Positions 9,161-17,628 of a stretch of DNA of 64,000 bases are shown here, one piece after another. The position numbers and the translations under genes were made by a program. The DNA is from Polyangiaceae bacterium. Lineage in GTDB: Bacteria; Myxococcota_A; Polyangia; Polyangiales; Polyangiaceae. The notes below the pieces were generated by a model. That model was not told the DNA's origin, made no database searches, and saw only the letters and a program-made list of their open reading frames with translations. Numbering within the stretch: position 1 is the stretch's first letter; every line of letters begins with the position of its first letter. The DNA lies in assembly GCA_965222375.1 (NCBI GenBank), contig CBDCTZ010000005.1, positions 352,001-416,000 of the forward strand, given 5' to 3'.

Positions 9161-10846
9161 CTACTTGGCCGAAGCGTCCCACTTTCCGCCGCCGGTATGG
9201 GCGAAGAAGTGGCCCCAGGTTCCGCTCAGGCTTCGACTGCTCGTACTTTGGCGAGTGAAGGCCGCGCGTCCAGAACCAGGCATCGGGGGATAGGTGATCC
9301 AGCCGCAGGAGAGCTGCAAGCCGCTCTTGTCCTTGGCGCAGTCCAGTCGCCCGGCAGCGCCCGATGTCGTCCGAAAGCTGCAGGTCACGGCGTTGCCGCT
9401 ATCCGAGCAGTTCATGGGACCGCGCGTGCTGGTGTAGCTACCCGCAAGAGACGTACTGGTGGCAGGGGGCGTGGTCGCTGGAGGCTTGCTGGTCGGAGGC
9501 TTGCTCGTTGGAGGCGGCTTGCTGGTCGGCGGAGGCGCACCCCCGGCGGGGACCAAGTCCCACTTGCCGCGACTGTTGGCGGAGAAGAAGTCACCATAGC
9601 TACCAGCAACCACGCCGTTGCTCTGACGCTGGAACAACGCGCGGCCCTGGCCACCACCGCTCCAACCACATTCCAGTTGGTGACCGCGGGCGGCACAGAG
9701 CATCGAACCGCCAGGGAAGCGACAGCTGACCGTAGATCCGCTCTGCGTGCAGCTCACGTTGCCACGCTGAGAGGTGTAGTTACCCGCATAGCTTGCGTTG
9801 GGTGCGGGTGGCTTGTTGGTCGTGGGTGGCGGGGGCGTCGTGGTCGGCGGTGTCGTGGTTGGCGGCGTTATCGAGGGCGCCCCACCACCGCCATACAGCT
9901 GAGCGATGGCAGCCTTGTCCAAGCTGGAGAGGCCCGCACGTTGACCGATGGGCGCGTTGGGCACTTTCGGCACGATGGTCGGCTTGCCATTCCGGCTAAA
10001 CGCCCTGCCGGAGTAGTGCATCACGCTGGAGTAATCGTAGATCCCGATGTCTTGCCCGCGACCGTCCCGCTTGCGAAACGCGGACTTGAACTGAGGAACA
10101 ATGTTGTCCCACATGATCGTGATGTGCTGGTCGCGATCGCCTCGCGATTGCTCGTGATAAAAGCCCGCAGCGTGCAAGATCTCGTGAATCACGCTGCCTT
10201 TCCCGCAGCCACCGACTTGAATGCCTTGCCCACCGCCGGTGCGGCCGAGGTAGGAACTGCAATCTCTGCCGGTGTCTCGAAACTTGACGTAGTCCTTGTC
10301 GGCGGACGTGCGGGGGCGGACCGTCAGCGCCGTCTCGTTCACCTGCGCGATAGCCCAATGGATGTACTCGACCTTCTTTGGCGAAACCGAGCTGTCGATG
10401 ATGTACGGGATCTCCGCGTTGGGCCACAGATGTGACTTGTCCTTCAGGGCCACTGCGCCCTTCATGTAGCCGGAGTTCACCCGCGGCATCCCATACGTGA
10501 AAGCCAGGGTCGCGGGCGGGCCGAGGATGATGTCGCCCTCCATCACCGCCTGGCCGTTGACGATCTCGTAGTTGACCAGCTGGCGAACCGGGCTCCCGGG
10601 TAAATACAATGGAGCGCTGCCCATTTGCCGCGGGGCGTTCGGCGCGTGGGTTTCAGCCGGCCCCTGGCCGCCCACGGGTTCTGGGCCCCGCATGGCGCCG
10701 GCCGGGCCCTGGTTTGGGTAGCGGGGCGAGCTACTGCGACCGGAACCGACCTCGCAGGCTGTGACGCCAACCACGAAAGAACCAAAGAACAGAATGAGTG
10801 CAACGCGGGACAGGGATGTTCTGGATTTCATGCTTGGATCTTTCAA
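9161..10846 (-). CDS. Astacin-family (M12A) metallopeptidase lipoprotein with two C-terminal repeat domains
   Basis: HEILHAAGFYHEQSRGDRD, Met-turn SVMHY, propeptide EGDI, lipobox VTAC, Pro/Thr linkers. Confidence 0.92.
   Translation of the reverse strand: MKDPSMKSRTSLSRVALILFFGSFVVGVTACEVGSGRSSSPRYPNQGPAGAMRGPEPVGGQGPAETHAPNAPRQMGSAPLYLPGSPVRQLVNYEIVNGQAVMEGDIILGPPATLAFTYGMPRVNSGYMKGAVALKDKSHLWPNAEIPYIIDSSVSPKKVEYIHWAIAQVNETALTVRPRTSADKDYVKFRDTGRDCSSYLGRTGGGQGIQVGGCGKGSVIHEILHAAGFYHEQSRGDRDQHITIMWDNIVPQFKSAFRKRDGRGQDIGIYDYSSVMHYSGRAFSRNGKPTIVPKVPNAPIGQRAGLSSLDKAAIAQLYGGGGAPSITPPTTTPPTTTPPPPTTNKPPAPNASYAGNYTSQRGNVSCTQSGSTVSCRFPGGSMLCAARGHQLECGWSGGGQGRALFQRQSNGVVAGSYGDFFSANSRGKWDLVPAGGAPPPTSKPPPTSKPPTSKPPATTPPATSTSLAGSYTSTRGPMNCSDSGNAVTCSFRTTSGAAGRLDCAKDKSGLQLSCGWITYPPMPGSGRAAFTRQSTSSRSLSGTWGHFFAHTGGGKWDASAK
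9478..9536 (-). repeat. Short coding tandem repeat (PPTSKP x3) in the astacin linker
   Basis: GGCTTGCT(GGTC/CGTT)GG units repeated three times on the + strand. Confidence 0.7.
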
Positions 10847-10938
10847 TTATACGCGACAACCGAGGCGAACCTTCCGGCTTCTTGGACGGACAATCAAGCG
10901 CACTCCTTCAAAGGTAAGATGATGTAGGCTACCGGCGC

Positions 10939-11370
10939 ATGACAGCCACACCGCAATTCGCCTTTCTACTGGCCGCACTGACCGCCTGCTCCAAAACACC
11001 GCCGCCGGATCCCCCGCCAAGCCCGGAACCAGAAACGACGGTGGCGGCAAGCGCGAGCCCCGAACCCGCTGCTCCGGGCACGGCTGCCGAACCCGAAGCC
11101 GCCAGCTCCAACGTGACCATCAAGACCCTGTTCGTGGACGACAAGCTCGCGGATTGCCAGGGCGTCGGCGATCGCAAATGCATGCGTACACGAGAGTCTG
11201 CGGACGGAGAGTGGGAGTTCTTCTACGACGACATCGAAGGCTTCAAGTACGAGCCCAAGTACCAGTACGAATTGAAGGTCGAGGTCAAATCCGATCCCAA
11301 CCCGCCCGCTGATGGTTCCTCCCTGAAGTACCGCCTGCTCGAGGTCGTCTCCAAGAAGAAGAGTCCCTAG
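10939..11370 (+). CDS. DUF4377-like lipoprotein
   Basis: Lipobox LTAC; DCQGVG..KCM, FYDDIEGFKYEPKYQYELKV, PPADGSSLKYRLLEVVSK. Confidence 0.85.
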   Translation: MTATPQFAFLLAALTACSKTPPPDPPPSPEPETTVAASASPEPAAPGTAAEPEAASSNVTIKTLFVDDKLADCQGVGDRKCMRTRESADGEWEFFYDDIEGFKYEPKYQYELKVEVKSDPNPPADGSSLKYRLLEVVSKKKSP

Positions 11371-11384
11371 TGCCGCCCGGCTGG

Positions 11385-12023
11385 CTACTTCGCCAGTCGG
11401 TCTTTGACCAGCTCGCAGGTCTTCAAGCTGTAGTAGGCGTCGATCTTCGGATCCTCACCCTGCACCCGCCACGAATCCTGTTTGACGAACTTGCCCGTGT
11501 TGCGTGGGTCGAAGCGAATGCGCACGGTCTTGCTCCCAGTCAAACCTCGTTCCGCCAGAGATGCGGCCAGTTGCTTGATGCTGCAGCTGGGGGTCGGCGC
11601 GTAGAAATTCTTCCAGCGCTTCTTGGCGCGGATCTTCCCGCCGATCTTGACGTGGTTGGCTTGGAACTTGAACTCCTTGAGTGCGTCCTTGCGCTGCTTG
11701 GCCAGGGCCGACTGAGCGCGCTTCGGTGAGACAAACCGAACCTTCGCGGCGCCGGCGGACAGATCCACGGTTCCATCCCCGCGAACCGCGTTGAAGGACG
11801 CTTCCCAAAACGTCGCGTCCCGTTTCCATTTGCGCGCTCGCCCAGTGACCGACTGGATCATCGCATCTGCATCGGCGCTCTTCGGGTCGAGCCCCAACTC
11901 GGAGTATTCGATCTGCTTCTTCGACTTGCCGCCCCCGACGAACTTGCAGGCCAACAACACCATCCCCAGGAACATGACAGCACTCACCTGCCCGGCCCCA
12001 ACCCAGCTACGCGTTTTGTTCAT
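11385..12023 (-). CDS. Hypothetical basic lipoprotein
   Basis: Lipobox LLAC; Lys-rich; clean ORF convergent with the DUF4377 gene. Confidence 0.7.
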   Translation of the reverse strand: MNKTRSWVGAGQVSAVMFLGMVLLACKFVGGGKSKKQIEYSELGLDPKSADADAMIQSVTGRARKWKRDATFWEASFNAVRGDGTVDLSAGAAKVRFVSPKRAQSALAKQRKDALKEFKFQANHVKIGGKIRAKKRWKNFYAPTPSCSIKQLAASLAERGLTGSKTVRIRFDPRNTGKFVKQDSWRVQGEDPKIDAYYSLKTCELVKDRLAK

Positions 12024-12142
12024 TGGCTCCAGTATCGGTCAAGCCCCCACGGCGTGCTAGAGCGGACGGTGATCTGACTCTGAGCAGACTCTGACCACTT
12101 CTTGAGTGCGGTTTTTCAGACGACGCGACGCCGCGGAGTTTG

Positions 12143-12226
12143 TGCCACCCCCCGGACTCGAACCGGGACACCGTTGCCGGCACATGGACCTGAACCATGC
12201 GCGTCTGCCAATTCCGCCAGGGTGGC
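12143..12226 (-). tRNA. tRNA-Leu(CAG), CCA not encoded
   Basis: GCCACCC/GGGTGGC acceptor stem, D arm TGGCGGAATTGGCAGACGC, anticodon loop TTCAGGT, long variable arm, GGTTCGAGTCC T arm. Discriminator A is followed by CAA, not CCA. Confidence 0.95.
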
Positions 12227-12496
12227 CTTCGGAAAGCGGGGATTTAGCTCAACCCACCCGAGCTTCGCAAGGGGTGTTTGGGGGTCGCGGCCTTTTGGCG
12301 TCGACGGGGCGCTACTCTCGAGCGCTCTCGCGCTGGCGCGCCGGGGGCGAAAAGGCGGGAGTAGTGCACCAACGCCGAGCAGTGACGCGACCCAACCCAA
12401 GCCATGCCTTGCTACGGCGGGTCTGCCCCGTGCCGGCGCGCTGTTCGTCGCCGCGCTCTGCTTGGCCGGTGCATCGGCCTATGTGACTGCCCGGGT

Positions 12497-12874
12497 TCAG
12501 TCTCTCAGCGGGCGGCCGTCGACGTCGGGCACCTGGCCCACCAGCATCAGGATCGAATCCACCGTCGGCCAGAGGCTTCCTAGACCGCAGGTGACCCAAG
12601 TCACGATGAACTGGGCGATGCCGATGCCGATGTGGCCGGTGTAGAAACGGCCGGCACCGAACGCGCCCAAGAAGAACTGCAATAGGAATGCGATCAACTT
12701 CTGCTTGTCTGAGTAAGGCAATCCAGTGGTCGGTTCGATGCCGTAGGGCGCACCCGGGCGCGGCCCGTAGGCGTTTTGGCCGCCGTAGGCTCCTGCTGCC
12801 GGTGGCAACTGTGGTCGAGCGTAGCCGGGCGGTTGAAAACCGCCGCCCTGGGGTGAATATGCGCCGCCTGCCAT
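12497..12874 (-). CDS. TM2 domain membrane protein
   Basis: Pro/Gly/Tyr-rich N-terminus, then SDKQKLIAFLLQFFLGAFGAGRFYTG. Confidence 0.9.
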   Translation of the reverse strand: MAGGAYSPQGGGFQPPGYARPQLPPAAGAYGGQNAYGPRPGAPYGIEPTTGLPYSDKQKLIAFLLQFFLGAFGAGRFYTGHIGIGIAQFIVTWVTCGLGSLWPTVDSILMLVGQVPDVDGRPLRD

Positions 12875-12982
12875 CTGGATTCGCGCTGCAGTATACGTGA
12901 GCTGGAACCCTCGTCTTCTATTAGCTGAAGCGAGGCGAAACGACGCACGCCGCTCGCGCGTATCTGATGGAAATCACGCACT

Positions 12983-13315
12983 ATGACGCACTATTACGAC
13001 AGTCATGACCTAGGCCGATTCTCCGAAATCGGCAGAAACCGGCCCGACCTAGCAGAGAAGTTCTTCGACTGGTACGGCGAGGTCTTCAAGGACGGCGCTC
13101 TGACCGCGCGCGAAAAGGCTCTGATCGCCCTCGGCGTCGCTCACGCGGTGCAGTGCCCTTATTGCATCGACGCATACTCGACAGGCGCGCTAGAGAAAGG
13201 CGCGGACATGGACCAACTGACTGAAGCCGTGCACGTTGCGGCTGCGATCCGTGGTGGTGCGTCACTTGTGCACGGCGTTCAGATGCGCAATCGAGCGCAG
13301 AAGATCTCGATGTAA
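12983..13315 (+). CDS. AhpD/CMD-family peroxidase-like partner of ArsS
   Basis: LTAREKALIALGVAHAVQCPYCIDAY; 4 bp upstream of the radical SAM gene. Confidence 0.9.
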   Translation: MTHYYDSHDLGRFSEIGRNRPDLAEKFFDWYGEVFKDGALTAREKALIALGVAHAVQCPYCIDAYSTGALEKGADMDQLTEAVHVAAAIRGGASLVHGVQMRNRAQKISM

Positions 13316-13319
13316 ACTG

Positions 13320-14366
13320 ATGGCAATGTCGCTTCCCAGCCTGCAGGCCCGACGCTCGCCCTTAGCGTCCGTAGAGGCACAAAGAGCAGCGCTTCGCCGC
13401 TTACCCTTGGCGCGGGAGTTCGGCCAAGCACTCGACGCCGCAGAGCTGCACCCCCTGCGCCCAACCAAACTGGAGATCTTTCAGATCAACGTCGGCAGGC
13501 TCTGCAACCAAACCTGCCGCCACTGCCACGTGGACGCGGGACCCGATCGGACCGAGGTCATGTCGCGGGAAACGATGCAGCTGTGCCTGGATGCGCTCTC
13601 CAGGACCGAGATCCGCACGGTGGATATCACCGGCGGCGCTCCCGAACTGAACCCCAACTTCCGTTGGCTGGTGTCCGAGGTGAAGAAACTCGGGCGCCAC
13701 GTGCTGGATCGCTGCAACCTGACCATATTGCATAGCGGGCCGCATCGAGATCTGCCGGAGTTCTTCGCGAAGCACGGCGTGGAGGTCGTTTGCTCCCTGC
13801 CCCACTATCGCGAACCCAGTACCGATCGCCAGCGAGGCGACGGCGCGTTCGCAAAGAGCGTGGACGCGCTGAAGCGCTTGAACGAGGTTGGCTATGGCGA
13901 TGGCCGCTCGGGGCTGCGCTTGGTGCTGGTGGCCAACCCGGTGGGCGCGTTCTTGCCCGCAAACCAGGCCTCCTTGGAAGCTGAGTGGAAGACGGAGCTA
14001 CTCAGGTCTCACGGGATCGTATTCGACGCCCTATACACGATCACGAACATGCCCATCAGCCGCTACCTGGAGTGGCTGATCGACTCGGGCAACTTGCAGG
14101 AATACCTGGACCGCCTGGTCTCAGCATTCAATCCGGCCGCAGCCCGGGGCGTGATGTGCCGCAATACGCTCAGCGTGGGCTGGGATGGCACCCTCTACGA
14201 CTGCGATTTCAATCAGATGCTGGAGATGCCCGTGCACGGCGACGCCCCCCGCCACATCCGTGACTTCGATCTGGAGCAGCTGGAGCAGCGAGAGATCCTC
14301 GTCGACCGCCACTGCTTCGGTTGCACTGCCGGCGCAGGCTCGAGTTGCAGCGGCGCGACGACTTGA
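13320..14366 (+). CDS. arsS: ArsS-family radical SAM protein (arsenosugar biosynthesis type)
   Basis: CNQTCRHC; DITGGAPE; MCRNTLSVGWDG.LYDCDFNQ; C-terminal HCFGCTAGAGSSC. Confidence 0.88.
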   Translation: MAMSLPSLQARRSPLASVEAQRAALRRLPLAREFGQALDAAELHPLRPTKLEIFQINVGRLCNQTCRHCHVDAGPDRTEVMSRETMQLCLDALSRTEIRTVDITGGAPELNPNFRWLVSEVKKLGRHVLDRCNLTILHSGPHRDLPEFFAKHGVEVVCSLPHYREPSTDRQRGDGAFAKSVDALKRLNEVGYGDGRSGLRLVLVANPVGAFLPANQASLEAEWKTELLRSHGIVFDALYTITNMPISRYLEWLIDSGNLQEYLDRLVSAFNPAAARGVMCRNTLSVGWDGTLYDCDFNQMLEMPVHGDAPRHIRDFDLEQLEQREILVDRHCFGCTAGAGSSCSGATT

Positions 14367-14400
14367 ACCGGGCTCGTAACAGTCAGGGTGAGCGCGTGAT

Positions 14401-14598
14401 TTGGAGCTCGGCGGGTGGGCGCCAGTTCTTGCCCTTGTCACCCGCCGTGAACCTTCGGGTCCCCGCGTTCTTCGCCGCGACGGGAGCTACAAACCGTTGA
14501 ACGAGTCCGAGCCCGCCTGCAACGGCTCGGTCTCCAGTTCCCGAAACAACTCTGCCGTGGCGGACATCGGTTTCCGCTACTGTTGGGACCTGCCCTAA
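14401..14598 (+). pseudogene. Probable remnant of an FGE/SUMF1-like domain C-terminus
   Basis: RVLRRDGSY...DIGFRYC resembles RV.RGGS[WY]...GFRC; no N-terminal part. Confidence 0.4.
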
Positions 14599-14676
14599 CC
14601 GACGCCGCCGGCGCGATTTCTGCGCATGGCGCTGCGTGCTGCGCCATGGCGCCGAACGTGCCAGTATGGCGCGCTC

Positions 14677-15552
14677 ATGCAGGCCCGCGTCGGTGAGGTG
14701 CTCGACTCTCGGTACCGCTTGATCGCAAAAGTCGGTGCTGGGGCCTACGGCGTGGTGTTTCGGGCGCGGGACTTGGAAACCCGCGATGAAGTCGCCGTCA
14801 AGTTGCTCAAAGGCGAAACCGGCAAGGACCCCGCGCTTGCGGCCCGCTTCGAGCGCGAAGCCATGGCCATGGCGCGCCTGCGGGGCACGAGCGCCGTATA
14901 CGTCCACCGCATGGGGCGCCTGGAGGACGGCTCGGCCTACATCGTGATGGAGATGTTGTATGGCGCGGAGCTCGAGGAGTTCTTGTCCCGAGCCGAAAAA
15001 CAGGGCGGGCGTCTGAAGCGCGAGCACACCCTGTCGCTGCTACGGCCTATCGCCCAGACCCTCGACGCAGCGCACACGCAGGGCATCGTGCATCGCGACT
15101 TGAAACCCAGCAACATCTTCATCGTCGACCCAGCCCATGGCGGCGGGGTGCGGCTGATGGACTTCGGTTTGGCCAAGCTGCTCGATGCCAACAGCCTCAC
15201 CGCCGAGGGCATGGTCGCTGGCACTCCGAGCTACATCGCCCCCGAGTCCTGGCGCGGAGACCCGCACAAGCTGGACCACCGCATCGACGTCTACTCCCTC
15301 GGCGTGATCGTCTTTCGCTGCCTGGCAGGCCGCGTACCCTACCCCAGCAAGAGCATGTTGGACCTGTGCCGCTGGGCCCAAACCGGCGAGCGGCCGAGCT
15401 TGACCGCAGTTCGCAAGAGTCTGCCACCGAAGATCGACGACTGGGTTCAGAAGGCGTTGGCGATCGATCCCGAAAAGCGCTTTCAGAGCATCAGCGAGTT
15501 GTGGCTGAGCCTGGAGGCCATTCTGGGCACGGGCCCGAGCCGCCCGTGGTGA
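14677..15552 (+). CDS. Ser/Thr protein kinase, kinase domain only
   Basis: GAGAYG, VAVK, HRDLKPSN, DFG, GTPSYIAPE. Confidence 0.95.
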   Translation: MQARVGEVLDSRYRLIAKVGAGAYGVVFRARDLETRDEVAVKLLKGETGKDPALAARFEREAMAMARLRGTSAVYVHRMGRLEDGSAYIVMEMLYGAELEEFLSRAEKQGGRLKREHTLSLLRPIAQTLDAAHTQGIVHRDLKPSNIFIVDPAHGGGVRLMDFGLAKLLDANSLTAEGMVAGTPSYIAPESWRGDPHKLDHRIDVYSLGVIVFRCLAGRVPYPSKSMLDLCRWAQTGERPSLTAVRKSLPPKIDDWVQKALAIDPEKRFQSISELWLSLEAILGTGPSRPW

Positions 15553-15554
15553 GA

Positions 15555-17579
15555 CTAATTCGCGGGCTTGAGGTGCTTTTCCAAGAATAGCACCGTGAGC
15601 ATGTAGAACAGGTCGCGGTTTTCCTTCTTGCGGAAGCCGTGCCCCTCGTTGTTGGCGACCATGTACCAAACGTCGCGGTCGTTCTTTCGAACCGCCGCAA
15701 CGATCTGATCCGTCTCGGACAAGGGCACGCGCGGGTCATTCGCGCCATGGGCCACGAACAGCGCGCTCTTGATGCGGTGAGCGTTCTCGCTGGGAGATAT
15801 CTTGGTCAAAAACTCGCGCATCTTGGGCTTGCGCTCGTCGCCGTATTCAGCGCGACGCAGGTCTCGTCGATACTCCTTGGTGTTCTTCAAAAAGGTCACG
15901 AAGTTGCTGATCCCCACGATATCGACGCCCGCCACCAGGCGCTCGGCGTAGTGCACGAGGGACGCCAGCACCATGTAGCCCCCGTAAGAGCCGCCCAATA
16001 CCGCTACCCGGCTCGCATCCAAGTTGGACTGGGTTTTCACCCAATCCAACAAGCTGCCGATGTCGCGCACGGAGCCTTCGCGCTTGTCTCCGTTGTCGAG
16101 CAACAGATAACTCTTACCGTAGCCGTCCGAGCCGCGCACGTTCGGCACTAGGACCGCCACCTTCTTTTCGACGACGAGGTATTGCACCAGCGGCGAAAAC
16201 CAAGGCCGGGCTTGGGACTCCGGGCCACCGTGAATCCATACCAGCACCGGATGCGGCCCGGCTCCCTCGGGCGTGTACACGAAGGCCGGGATCTTTCTGT
16301 CGTCAAAAGTCGGGTAGCGGATCAACTTGGGAGCATGAAACGTCGCCGCGTCCATTCCGCCCACCTCGCTTTTCGTGAATCGCTGGATGCGACCGGTCAC
16401 CGTGTCCAAGCTGAAAGCGTCACCGGGCTCCGTCGCCCCGGCCAGGGAAAAGCCCAGCACGTTTTTCTTTCGCGCGAAACGAATTGACCCAACCAGCCCC
16501 TTGGGGATCCCTCGCACCGGACGGATCTGGCGCGTGACCGTGTCCAAAAGTCGCAACACGCCGTAGCCTTCTTCGTTGCTGACGAACGCGAGGGTCCGGC
16601 CGTCCGTCGACAGAGCAACTTCGCTCACGTTCCACGGGATCTTGGCCGTCAGTGCTTTCCACTTCTGCTCGCCCTGTAGGTTGACCTCGAACAGTTGGGC
16701 GTGCTCGCCCTCGCGGTCTGTCGCGATGTACGCCCGCTTGCCATCCGGGTGCAGTGTCGCCGCGCGATAGGACGCCACAGGCGATTCCGGGGTCAGGCGC
16801 TGCGCAGTCTTGGCCCCAATGTCGACGAGGTGCAGGCGCATGTCGTTGATCGACACGTATTGTCCCACAAGCAGCCTGCGCCCGTCGCGGCTGAACTCGA
16901 TTGGATACCAATGACCACTGCGCTTCAGAAGCAACTGCTCTGCTGATGCCTTGACCCCGTCACCGAGATAGAGGTCCATGTCTTTGCCGTTGCGCGCGTT
17001 GCTGGTGTAGGCAATGCGGTCACCGGCGTGAGACCAGACGTAGCTGCCGTGGCGACTCTTGCCGTCCGTGAGCCGAGTCACCTTGCCGGTTTTTCGGTCG
17101 AGCCGTCGGATCTGATACTGCTCGTTGCCGCCAGTGTCACTCATGTAGAGCAAAGCTCGACCGTCGAGGCTAGTGCTCACATTCCGCACAGGCTCGTCGT
17201 CGAAGGTCAGCTGAGCGCGCGCACCCATGGGCGCCGTGACGATGTGGGCCTGCGAAGTCTGAGCAAAACGCGTCGTGACGATCACAGACTTGCCATCGTC
17301 AGTGATGTGTTCGAGCTTGGCGGCGCGTGTATTCAGATACTGGCCAAGACGATCCCGTAGCGCGTCCGGGATTTCCGGCGTACCGCTGAGCACGACGGTC
17401 TTGGAGGACTTGGAGTTCGTTGCTGTGCCAGGGGCCCGTGGGCCCGTCCCGCCGATGTCGGACAGGGGCGCCCGCTGCGCCGGCGGCATTGGCGAGGTAT
17501 CGAGTTGATTACTTGCACAGCCCGACGCGAGGGCGAAGGTGACCACGGCCAGTAGTGAGCGAACCATGACCGCGTCCAT
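15555..17579 (-). CDS. S9-family (prolyl oligopeptidase/acylaminoacyl peptidase) lipoprotein
   Basis: Lipobox ASGC, beta-propeller, HGGP, GGSYGG, HGANDPRV, EGHGF. Confidence 0.93.
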   Translation of the reverse strand: MDAVMVRSLLAVVTFALASGCASNQLDTSPMPPAQRAPLSDIGGTGPRAPGTATNSKSSKTVVLSGTPEIPDALRDRLGQYLNTRAAKLEHITDDGKSVIVTTRFAQTSQAHIVTAPMGARAQLTFDDEPVRNVSTSLDGRALLYMSDTGGNEQYQIRRLDRKTGKVTRLTDGKSRHGSYVWSHAGDRIAYTSNARNGKDMDLYLGDGVKASAEQLLLKRSGHWYPIEFSRDGRRLLVGQYVSINDMRLHLVDIGAKTAQRLTPESPVASYRAATLHPDGKRAYIATDREGEHAQLFEVNLQGEQKWKALTAKIPWNVSEVALSTDGRTLAFVSNEEGYGVLRLLDTVTRQIRPVRGIPKGLVGSIRFARKKNVLGFSLAGATEPGDAFSLDTVTGRIQRFTKSEVGGMDAATFHAPKLIRYPTFDDRKIPAFVYTPEGAGPHPVLVWIHGGPESQARPWFSPLVQYLVVEKKVAVLVPNVRGSDGYGKSYLLLDNGDKREGSVRDIGSLLDWVKTQSNLDASRVAVLGGSYGGYMVLASLVHYAERLVAGVDIVGISNFVTFLKNTKEYRRDLRRAEYGDERKPKMREFLTKISPSENAHRIKSALFVAHGANDPRVPLSETDQIVAAVRKNDRDVWYMVANNEGHGFRKKENRDLFYMLTVLFLEKHLKPAN

Positions 17580-17628
17580 ACCTCAGACGGAGGCAAGCAT
17601 TTGAGGATTTCGACTCCGGCGTCGTGCC

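Noticed and set aside
12024..12226. tRNA-anchored genomic island
   Set aside because: No integrase and no duplicated tRNA 3' end seen; only a short GACTCTGA direct repeat.
14340..14400. Selenocysteine read-through in ArsS
   Set aside because: The variable position is TGC (Cys), and the TGA falls after the complete C-terminal motif.
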